Positions 29,817 through 37,261 of a stretch of 64,000 bases of DNA are shown here, in pieces. The number at the start of each line of letters is the position of its first letter. The stretch's first letter is position 1. The translations under genes and the position numbers were made by a program. The notes beneath the pieces were generated by a model. That model searched no databases, was not told the origin of the DNA, and saw only the letters and a list, made by a program, of their open reading frames with translations. Origin of the DNA: a virus (Duplodnaviria > Caudoviricetes); the IMG/VR virus record IMGVR_UViG_2636415425_000001, positions 32,001-96,000 of that record; one strand, 5' to 3'.

Positions 29817-30181
29817 GGCAGGTCCGCCGCGTCCCCGCCGATTGGCAGCACCCTCGCAATTCCTGGGGTCGATATACGCCGCTCCTTGAGTCCGCCCCGG
29901 ATGCACCCGCGCCCGATCTTTCCCGCTGCATGCCGGCATGGCCGGAGGCGGAGCGCACCCACTGGCAGTTGTACGAGACCACCAGCGCCGGCACGCCGGT
30001 TTCGCCGCCCTGCCCGTCGCCCGAGGCCTTGGCCAAATGGCTTGCCGACCACCATGTGGAGGCCGCACCAGGTTTCACCGGAACGGAGGCGCAATGGCTC
30101 GGCGCCATCAAGCGCGGCGGCGTCATTCCGCCGGTGATGACCGTCGGCAAGCAGCAGGTCTCGCCGCTGGATTACACCTGA
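29813..30181 (+). CDS. Conserved phage hypothetical protein
   Basis: 122 aa; RQVRRVPADWQHP and WQLYETTSAGTPVSP motifs. Confidence 0.7.
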   Translation: MRQVRRVPADWQHPRNSWGRYTPLLESAPDAPAPDLSRCMPAWPEAERTHWQLYETTSAGTPVSPPCPSPEALAKWLADHHVEAAPGFTGTEAQWLGAIKRGGVIPPVMTVGKQQVSPLDYT

Positions 30182-30275
30182 TCGGCCGGGACTCCCGGCT
30201 ACGATCGATTTTGTGCTACCCCCTCGGCTACGGCCGATTCCGGGCGATTGTGCCCAACCGGAAAGGAACTCTCAG

Positions 30276-30599
30276 ATGTCGCCCCCCAGATTTGTTCACC
30301 GCAAGATCTCGGCCGAGGACTTCAAGGCCGAGTTGGCGAAGCAGGGCATGTCGGTGCCGGCGTTCGCCCGTGTCTGGTGCCAGAACCTTTCGACCGTCAC
30401 GAAATGGGCCAACGGCGGGAACGATATCCCGACCTGGGTGCCGATCGCGCTGACCATGATGACGCTGCCAAACGCTCACGGGACCGCCCGTATGGCGGCG
30501 GCGGCGATGATCGAAGAAGATCGGCTGCATCCCGAGCTCGGAAAATTCCCGTACCAGAAGCTTCGGCAGATGCCGGCGGACGACGAGATCGAGGAATAG
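30276..30599 (+). CDS. XRE-like HTH protein ending the array (Aca-like position)
   Basis: ISAEDFKAELAKQGMSVPAFARVWCQNLSTVTKWANGGNDIPTWV; its leader has a B pair and the variant A hairpin. Confidence 0.75.
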   Translation: MSPPRFVHRKISAEDFKAELAKQGMSVPAFARVWCQNLSTVTKWANGGNDIPTWVPIALTMMTLPNAHGTARMAAAAMIEEDRLHPELGKFPYQKLRQMPADDEIEE

Positions 30600-30605
30600 T
30601 CCCGG

Positions 30606-30821
30606 CTACGATCGATTTTGCGTGCCCCGGCTGCGCCTTTTCTTCGCCGCGTGCCGTTTCTTGGGCGGCGCTCGCTTCGCCGCTGGCGCCGGCGGCGCGT
30701 CCTTCGCTGCGGCCGCGGCGTCGAGGGCATCGAGCTCCCGCTTCTGCGCCTGCATCCGTTCCCACCTGGCTTCGCGTTGAGCGCGCAGCGCGTCGGCGCG
30801 CGGTGACGGCTCCCTGCTCAT
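30606..30821 (-). CDS. Small basic hypothetical protein
   Basis: 71 aa; ATGA-coupled. Confidence 0.45.
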   Translation of the reverse strand: MSREPSPRADALRAQREARWERMQAQKRELDALDAAAAAKDAPPAPAAKRAPPKKRHAAKKRRSRGTQNRS

Positions 30822-31006
30822 GACGGCGACCTTTGCCAGAACCAGCGGCGCCGGCGCAACAGCACGATTGCCTCTTGCGATCGGCCAGCAACGCTGATCG
30901 GTCGCCAACCGTCCGCAATTCGGCTGTTTAACTCTCGCCGCAACCATCCCTGCGACTGCGTGGAGTAAATGCTTTGGAGATCGTATTCGTAGCGATAGAG
31001 CAGCAT
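30818..31006 (-). CDS. Small hypothetical protein
   Basis: 62 aa; SD GGAG; LNSRIADGWRPIS. Confidence 0.5.
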   Translation of the reverse strand: MLLYRYEYDLQSIYSTQSQGWLRRELNSRIADGWRPISVAGRSQEAIVLLRRRRWFWQRSPS

Positions 31007-31017
31007 CGGTCCGACTC

Positions 31018-31284
31018 CTAACCTGCGTCCGTGGGGACTTCGCCGACCTCGAGCATGACCGGCGGATGGCTCTGCGAGATGATCCGGAGGTGCACCGGCG
31101 CGCCGGCGTTCAACCGGGCCAACTCTTCCGCCGTCGGCATCCACGCGGACGACAGCGAGGGCAGCGAATTATTCAGCACCTCAACGCGGATCGGCAGATC
31201 CATGCACTTGCCATCCCTCTCCTCGTCCCAGTTCCTCGGCGCCTCCAGCACCTTGTTGCAGCCGGAGATCCTTGCGATTTCCAT
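31018..31284 (-). CDS. Conserved phage hypothetical protein
   Basis: 88 aa; SAWMPTAEELARLNAGAPV...HPPV. Confidence 0.7.
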   Translation of the reverse strand: MEIARISGCNKVLEAPRNWDEERDGKCMDLPIRVEVLNNSLPSLSSAWMPTAEELARLNAGAPVHLRIISQSHPPVMLEVGEVPTDAG

Positions 31285-31294
31285 TAGTACCCTC

Positions 31295-31639
31295 CTACGA
31301 TCGCATCCGGTCCGCTCGAGCCTGCAATCCCTTGCGGACGTTGTGCTCGGCGCATTTGCAGGCGCCGTTGTTCAGGTCTAGGGCGCGGGATCGATCGTCC
31401 CTGATCTCGACGACATGATCGGCGTACATCTGGTCGCCGTTGGCCCGGCTGCGCTCGCAGCGGACGCCATCCTCGACATGCTCGCAGCGCCAGCCGGCGC
31501 GCTTCTTGACCTGCAGCGCCCACCGCTGGTGCTCGGCAGTCTGGTAGTGCGGGTCCGCGCGCTTCTCCGGAGGCTTCACCTTCCTGGTGTCGAGGGTCGG
31601 AACGCGCGGGCCCAGCGTGGGAATTCGAGACCGCTTCAT
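31295..31639 (-). CDS. Packaging-associated HNH endonuclease (HK97 gp74-like)
   Basis: RAGWRCE...C...ADHVVEIRDD...LDLNNGACKCAEHN. Confidence 0.85.
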   Translation of the reverse strand: MKRSRIPTLGPRVPTLDTRKVKPPEKRADPHYQTAEHQRWALQVKKRAGWRCEHVEDGVRCERSRANGDQMYADHVVEIRDDRSRALDLNNGACKCAEHNVRKGLQARADRMRS

Positions 31640-31824
31640 TTCTTTTCCCCGCGCCGCGGCCCGAACATCTTCCGGCCCATAGATCGCACCATTTCGCGCT
31701 GGTCCCATGTCATCACGTCGTTGTCGACATCGAGCAGGAGGAGACCATACTCACGCCAAACCCGCTGTTTCGTTTCCAGCGGCGTCTCGCGGCTATTGGG
31801 GGCAAACCGTCCGAGGGACATCAA
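31636..31824 (-). CDS. Small hypothetical protein
   Basis: 62 aa, coupled to HNH. Confidence 0.55.
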   Translation of the reverse strand: MMSLGRFAPNSRETPLETKQRVWREYGLLLLDVDNDVMTWDQREMVRSMGRKMFGPRRGEKK

Positions 31825-31831
31825 TCCAACC

Positions 31832-32743
31832 CTACTTCTGCAAGCCCATGCCGGCGGCGATCCTCAGCCGCCGAACCGCGTCCCATGTCCGGTCGACGAT
31901 CTCGACGCCGTCGTAAAGCTTCACCAGCGCGTTCAGCGCGACCCGGAAGTCCGAATTGTTGGTGCGGTGCTCCTCGCCGCCATGCATCCGGACGTCCTCG
32001 CTGCTGCACTCGAGCCCGATCCTGACCAGCAGGATGTCGAACTGCCGGCGGCCGAGCCGGCGTTCCACTTCCCTGAGCCGTCCGCTGGCCTCGAGGGCGA
32101 TGGTGTGCGAGGGCGAGCCGCCGCCGCCACCATCGACCTTGTCCTGCAGCGCGAAGCCGCGCGACCCATGGAAGGTGGCCAGATCGAAGTCGCGCCGAAA
32201 GCGATCCGCGGCGCTCTGGCGCAGCTTGTCCTCGGGATCCGCGGCGCCGCGCTTCTTGGACTCCGTGAGATTGAGGTGCGATGCACGAACCGTGTCGACC
32301 AGCACGTTGAGCCTTGGATTTTGCGGGTCCGGGATGGTGTGCTTGCGCCGACCGCTGGCCAGGCGCTCGGCTTCATCGGCCGCCTTCTGCTCTTTCTTGG
32401 TGAGTGGCTTGCCCCAGAGATTCAGGGGATCGACGGAGTCAGTTGTCCCGCTCCGGAAGCCTTGCTGGAACAGCTTGTTCCGATGCAGCGCCTCTTTCAC
32501 ACGACGAGCGCCCTCGGTGTCGCGGTCCATCAGGTACTCGACCACGAGTTCCTGGACGATGCGCTGCCGGCGTCGCGTCTCCTCAAACAGGAGTTGCCCC
32601 TCATAGGTCAGCCCCTTGTACGACTCCATCGGCCGCGCGCGCCGGATGTCGCGCATGAAAGCACGGGCTCGGCGATCGCGCTCCTTGTCGACGTGTACCG
32701 GTGCGACATCCGTGATCTGTGCTTGAGACATTCCATCCTCCAC
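31832..32743 (-). CDS. Putative late-gene activator/antiterminator (DUF6456/GafA C-terminal-like)
   Basis: AADRFRRDFDLA...VDGGG...RLG...ALNALVKLY pattern; sits at the Q position upstream of the late genes. Confidence 0.55.
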   Translation of the reverse strand: MEDGMSQAQITDVAPVHVDKERDRRARAFMRDIRRARPMESYKGLTYEGQLLFEETRRRQRIVQELVVEYLMDRDTEGARRVKEALHRNKLFQQGFRSGTTDSVDPLNLWGKPLTKKEQKAADEAERLASGRRKHTIPDPQNPRLNVLVDTVRASHLNLTESKKRGAADPEDKLRQSAADRFRRDFDLATFHGSRGFALQDKVDGGGGGSPSHTIALEASGRLREVERRLGRRQFDILLVRIGLECSSEDVRMHGGEEHRTNNSDFRVALNALVKLYDGVEIVDRTWDAVRRLRIAAGMGLQK

Positions 32744-32822
32744 GCAGAATCACGGATATGTTTTGCGGAGGTGATTTGTCTACGACTGCAAGCGGAAAGT
32801 TGGAGCGCCGTCCACCGTCGAT

Positions 32823-33251
32823 CTATCCGCGCGCGGGATAGGTCTCGACGTATTCGCGGATCGCCTGCGCGAAAGCCTTTCCGGCCTCGACGGTTGCCTG
32901 GTCGCTCAGGTCGAGATCCGTCATCGTTCCGCGAGCGCGGTCGATGCTTATCGTGCCGTTGACGCGCCGCGGGCATTGGCCAGCCTCGAGCGCCTGGTAA
33001 TCCTCCGGACCAATCGATCGATCGTGACTGAAGGCGAACGCCCGCCACATTGGGCAGTCGCCCCAACCGCCGACACAGCCCGGGCATTGCGCGTCAGCGA
33101 AGGCTGCGACCCTTGCGTGGTCGGGACAAAATCCGACCTCGCTGTCGACTCCGCCGGTTCGATGCTCCCAACCAGGTGGGAGGACAATCTCAGTGCGATG
33201 GTTTTTGCCGCAAAAGCAGCAGTCGACTGAGATTTCAAGCTTCGTGGTCAA
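32823..33251 (-). CDS. Cys-rich hypothetical protein
   Basis: CCFC, CPDH, CPGCVGGWGDC; TTG start overlaps the helicase stop. Confidence 0.6.
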   Translation of the reverse strand: MTTKLEISVDCCFCGKNHRTEIVLPPGWEHRTGGVDSEVGFCPDHARVAAFADAQCPGCVGGWGDCPMWRAFAFSHDRSIGPEDYQALEAGQCPRRVNGTISIDRARGTMTDLDLSDQATVEAGKAFAQAIREYVETYPARG

Positions 33252-34678
33252 AACGGGATCTCCTCTCTGTTTGCGTTGCCCCCGAACATCATCCGCGGGC
33301 CATTGAAGTCGACCTCTTTCCACTTACAGCCGGTGCCGCTACGGTTCTTGAACACGGCGAACGCCGCCTTGTCCTTCCATATGTCGTATTCCCGAAGCCA
33401 GCGGTCGCGCTGCTCTCTTCCCTTCGGGTTGTCTTCTGATGCCGGCTCCGGCTCGTTGTCGCGGAGCCAGATCTTGGGAATGGTGACGCCAACGATGATG
33501 TCGCTGTTTTCAACGATGAGGCCGCCGCCGTAGATGTCGCCGCTGCCGAATTTCCAACTCGGCGCCCGCTGGCCTTCGCGGGTCAGTTGCGCAAGCTGCC
33601 AAACAACGCCGTCGAGTTCCTTCGCCAGATCCTTGGTGTAGGCGGACGCATACTCGACCGTCCGGACAACGTTCCAATGCTCCTGTTCCGGCTCGACCAG
33701 CTTCAGGTGATCAATGCAAAACTGCCTGACGCCGTAGCGGCGCTTCGCCTTGCGGAACTCGTCGCCGATCTGCTTGATCGTCATCCGGCTGCGGTCCTGG
33801 ACCCATACCTGGATCGACTCGAGCTGTTCCTTTGCCCGCCGGATGTCGAGGAATTCCTTTTGGTTGAAGTCGCCGCTGATCTGCTTCTTGACCGAGACGC
33901 CGGACAGCGACGCGATGTCGCGGTATGCGATCTGCTCCGCGGACATTTCGAGGCTCAGGGAGAAGCCCGGGAAGATGCTCGACTCGTCGAGCGACGGTCC
34001 TGCATTGTCGCGCAGGATCTGAGCCATCAGCGCCGATTTGCCGTGGCCGGATGGCGCGGCCAGCGTGACGGTCGTCCCGCCGACGATGGGCCCGAGGACT
34101 TCATCCAATTCCGGGATCTTGGTGAGCACGCCGACGGCGCGCTTGCCGCGGTGCTCATAGGCCTCGCCGGCCTTGGCCATAGCCGTTCCGGCGGCGTCAG
34201 CCAGGCTGACAGCATGCCGAACCCGGTCATGGTCGTCGACGACGCGCAGCAGGTCGTCGATGTCTTGCCGGGTTTGGTCGAAGGTCTTGTTCGGTGCCGT
34301 GGCGACCTTGCCGAGCTCGATGCGGGCGCGCTCCCGCCACGCCAGCACGATGTCGTCGACGAAATCGAGCGCGCTGCCGACGTCCGCGGCCTTCTCGATC
34401 AGGATCTGGAGAACGGCCTCCGTGTCGCCGACACCCTCGAATTCCGTCGGGAGCTTGGCCTCGAGCAGCGACAGCGTCGGGCCGGCGCCGTTCAGGCAGC
34501 AGTCCTCGACCGCCGCGAAGATCAGGCGATGGTGGGGAACCGTGAACTGGTCCGCCGACACATGGTCGGAGACGGCCCAGAAATTCTCGGCCGCCCCTAA
34601 AATTTTTCCAATGATCGCCTCTTCGGCACGGACGTTTTGCGTCGGCCTATCAGGCGCGGCGGCTGGCCGCTTGTTCAT
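33248..34678 (-). CDS. dnaB: Replicative DnaB-like helicase
   Basis: AEEAIIG N-domain, APSGHGKS, SLEMS, IDHL, LAQLTRE, KNRSG. Confidence 0.9.
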   Translation of the reverse strand: MNKRPAAAPDRPTQNVRAEEAIIGKILGAAENFWAVSDHVSADQFTVPHHRLIFAAVEDCCLNGAGPTLSLLEAKLPTEFEGVGDTEAVLQILIEKAADVGSALDFVDDIVLAWRERARIELGKVATAPNKTFDQTRQDIDDLLRVVDDHDRVRHAVSLADAAGTAMAKAGEAYEHRGKRAVGVLTKIPELDEVLGPIVGGTTVTLAAPSGHGKSALMAQILRDNAGPSLDESSIFPGFSLSLEMSAEQIAYRDIASLSGVSVKKQISGDFNQKEFLDIRRAKEQLESIQVWVQDRSRMTIKQIGDEFRKAKRRYGVRQFCIDHLKLVEPEQEHWNVVRTVEYASAYTKDLAKELDGVVWQLAQLTREGQRAPSWKFGSGDIYGGGLIVENSDIIVGVTIPKIWLRDNEPEPASEDNPKGREQRDRWLREYDIWKDKAAFAVFKNRSGTGCKWKEVDFNGPRMMFGGNANREEIPF

Positions 34679-35421
34679 GCCGGCACCTCGAACTTGAAAT
34701 GATCTTGCGAAAGGCGACGCTGCATCGCGGCTACGATCTCGGGATCTGCCTCGATCAGAATGCTTGTGCGGCCGTGACGAGACGCAACGATGCCAGTGGT
34801 GCCGCTGCCGGCGCAGCAATCCAGGACGATTCCGCCAGGCGGGCTCGAATAGAGAAGCAACGGCTCGACAATACCCATCGGCTTCTGGGTCGGATGGAAC
34901 GCCTGTCCGTGCTCGGAGCGGACATATTGGACGCTCCTCATCAAGCGCGGTCCTCCCTCGAAGGTTTTGTAGTCCTGGTCACCGATCTCGCCGAGGTGCG
35001 CCGGGCGACCGCGCCGCCGGATGCGGCGAGCAGACGCATCGTTTGTGAACTGCGGCATCTTGTAAACGTCAGCCCAGCGCGCGTCTGACCGGTAGAATTG
35101 AACAGCGGTTTCGTGAACACGGCGAAATCGATCATTCACAAACCCAGACCCGTTGTGCTTCTCCCAAACGACATCTTGCGCCATGCACCAACCGTCAAAC
35201 TCGTCGTGTTGCTCGAGGAACATCTTCAGCGTGCCAAATACCCACATGCTGCCAGTCTTTTTCAGGACTCTTCTGACACTCGCTGGCCACCCTCGAGGCC
35301 AACGGTCCCATCTCAATTTCGTCGCTCCATAGGGCGGATCGGTCAGGACCAGGTCCACCGACTCGTCCTCCAAATCCGACAGCACGTCACGGCAATCGCC
35401 GCAGATCACTTGGATGCTCAT
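34675..35421 (-). CDS. DNA amino-methyltransferase (beta class, N6-A/N4-C)
   Basis: TDPPY, HPTQKP, VLDCCAGSGTT. Confidence 0.92.
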   Translation of the reverse strand: MSIQVICGDCRDVLSDLEDESVDLVLTDPPYGATKLRWDRWPRGWPASVRRVLKKTGSMWVFGTLKMFLEQHDEFDGWCMAQDVVWEKHNGSGFVNDRFRRVHETAVQFYRSDARWADVYKMPQFTNDASARRIRRRGRPAHLGEIGDQDYKTFEGGPRLMRSVQYVRSEHGQAFHPTQKPMGIVEPLLLYSSPPGGIVLDCCAGSGTTGIVASRHGRTSILIEADPEIVAAMQRRLSQDHFKFEVPA

Positions 35422-35945
35422 GCCAGTGCCTCATCGAATAGCGGCAGCCCAAGCGGTAGCCGCTGCTTCGCCGGCATCGGCGGCGGCATGTCGATAGGCA
35501 GGATCTGGAAGGTGAGCAGTCCTGCCTTCGTCTGTCCGACGTATCGGAAGCCAGCCTTCACCCAGACCCATCCCCATGTTGGGTGGCTTCGGATCATCGT
35601 CGGCTTGACTTGCCGGTGATCGATGAACGTGACAAGGCCGAGCGCCGGCGGCTCACCGAGGGCTGCGCGCGTGGCCGACAATGCCTGCGTGACGAGTTCG
35701 ACCGACCCGCCGGCATCCTCGCTGCGGAACGCCGAGCAAATCCACGCGCCTGGCCAATCATGTTTCACGAATTCCGGGAGCGGCCAGGACGTGACCCAAA
35801 ATGCTCGTGCGGTATCCTCAACCAGCACGCAACAGCGGCCCGGCGGCACGAACTGCTCGGCGCCGACGGTCTGGCGATTGTAGTGCCGATCGGCGATCGC
35901 GCGCGCGACTGGATCGGCCCTGTTGCTGGCGCACCACCGCATCAT
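35418..35945 (-). CDS. Mom-like (GNAT-fold) putative DNA-modification protein
   Basis: ADRHYNRQ..G..QFVPPG, WICSAFRSE, LVTFID, KAGF...GQTKAGL. Confidence 0.5.
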   Translation of the reverse strand: MMRWCASNRADPVARAIADRHYNRQTVGAEQFVPPGRCCVLVEDTARAFWVTSWPLPEFVKHDWPGAWICSAFRSEDAGGSVELVTQALSATRAALGEPPALGLVTFIDHRQVKPTMIRSHPTWGWVWVKAGFRYVGQTKAGLLTFQILPIDMPPPMPAKQRLPLGLPLFDEALA

Positions 35946-37261
35946 GCCGGCACCGCCTCGATCTCGACGGAGGTCAGCATCGGATGGCTCGCGCCGATCC
36001 GTTTGGCGGCCATCTCGGCATAGTCGGGATTGAGCTCTATCAGGATCGCATCGCGCTGCAGATGATCCGCGACCATGCCGGTGGTGCCAGCGCCGGCGAA
36101 CGGGTCGAGAACAGTGCCGCCCTGGGGCACGCCGGCGAGGATGCACACTGCTGCCAGTTCCGGCGGCATTACGGCAAAATGGTTGAGCCAGTCCTCGTGC
36201 GAACCGCACTCGCAGAAGCGATGCGTCAGCTTGCGGCCGTCGCGCTCAACTTTTTCGGTCCGGAGGCGGCCGAGCTCAGCGCTGGGATAGAACCTGCGGC
36301 ACTTCGTGCAGAACTCATCGTTGAACCCGCCGGGCGCCACCCACCAAACCGAGCGCAGCGCGGCGCCGTTCGCGCGCTGTTCAGCAACCGACATGCCGTC
36401 CCAGCGATCGTTGAAGCCGGCGTGGCGGCGGCCGTGCCCCCGTTGGCGATCGCGCTTCCGAGCGCCTGCATGGGGCGGCTGTCCCTCTGGAGCGTATCCT
36501 CCCCCGCTGATGACCAGGTCGCCATCATTTCCCAGCTTGTCACGCATAGCGCGGGCCAAGCGCGTCACCGACTCTGGGGCCGCCGGCAGCCGGACGTCGT
36601 CGTAGCCGTGGTAATAGGTCTCCGACTTCGTGAGATGGAACACGTATTCGTGCGCCGTGGTCGACCGGTCGCGGGTGCTCTCAGGCATTCCGTTCGGCTT
36701 GGCCCAGATGTTGTCCTTGCGCAGCCACCAGCCGTCGGCGCGCAACGCGAAGGCCAGCATCCACGGAATCCCGATCAGGTCTTTCTGCTTCAGCCCGCCG
36801 GGCGGCGGCTCCCACGCTCGCCCGATCGCGCCCTCACCCTGGGCCTTCGCCTGGATGCCGGCCGGCACGCGGCTGCCACGCTCGGTCTGCGCCGCGGTCC
36901 TCGAACTCGCACCGATCTCCCAGTTCTGCCGCACCACCATGGACGCTTCCTGCGATTGCAGGGTGCCGAGCAGCGTCGACGAGGCAGCCGCCGGATTGCC
37001 GCCGCGACCGGAACCGGCATAGCAGTCCCCGATGTTGATCCAGAGCGAGCCATCATCGCGCAGCACCCGCCGCACCTCGCGGAAGAGCTCGACCATTTCC
37101 GCGATATAGGCCTCGGGCGAACTCTCGAGTCCGATCTGGCCGGCCATCTTGTAATCGCGCAGCCGGAAATACGGCGGTGAGCAGACGCAGGCATTCACCG
37201 AGTTGGAAGGCAGCAGCCGCACCACGGCACGCGCATCACCATTGAGAATTCGAACCGTCAA
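35942..37261 (-). CDS. DNA amino-methyltransferase (beta class, SPPY; N4-C-like) with insertions
   Basis: CSPPY, GQIGLE, IWAKPNGMPES, HFAVMP, LDPFAGAGTT. Confidence 0.92.
   Translation of the reverse strand: MTVRILNGDARAVVRLLPSNSVNACVCSPPYFRLRDYKMAGQIGLESSPEAYIAEMVELFREVRRVLRDDGSLWINIGDCYAGSGRGGNPAAASSTLLGTLQSQEASMVVRQNWEIGASSRTAAQTERGSRVPAGIQAKAQGEGAIGRAWEPPPGGLKQKDLIGIPWMLAFALRADGWWLRKDNIWAKPNGMPESTRDRSTTAHEYVFHLTKSETYYHGYDDVRLPAAPESVTRLARAMRDKLGNDGDLVISGGGYAPEGQPPHAGARKRDRQRGHGRRHAGFNDRWDGMSVAEQRANGAALRSVWWVAPGGFNDEFCTKCRRFYPSAELGRLRTEKVERDGRKLTHRFCECGSHEDWLNHFAVMPPELAAVCILAGVPQGGTVLDPFAGAGTTGMVADHLQRDAILIELNPDYAEMAAKRIGASHPMLTSVEIEAVPA

Larger units (their letters stand above)
18987..30255 (+). 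repeat. Repeat family A: 11 copies of GCGC-RATHGT-GCGC-AAA..AAAGG(A) (hairpin plus SD)
   Basis: 14-nt cores start at 18987, 19211, 19958, 20619, 20902, 21462, 22838, 23338, 24387, 25918 and 30242 (the last is GGGC-GATTGT-GCCC). Each lies just before an SD and a start codon. Confidence 0.95.
22433..30620 (+). repeat. Repeat family B: 17 co-oriented copies of (CCCGGC)TACGRYCGATTT
   Basis: TAC positions: 22433 and 27722 (both intragenic), 23294/23321, 24328, 24663/24688, 25632/25657, 28338/28365, 28903/28932, 29615, 30200/30229, 30607. Confidence 0.9.

Noticed and set aside
18987-30620. CRISPR array or integron attC cassette array
   Set aside because: The repeats are short and separated by whole genes of variable length. 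There are no cas genes, no integron integrase in the window and no GTTRRRY/RYYYAAC attC ends.
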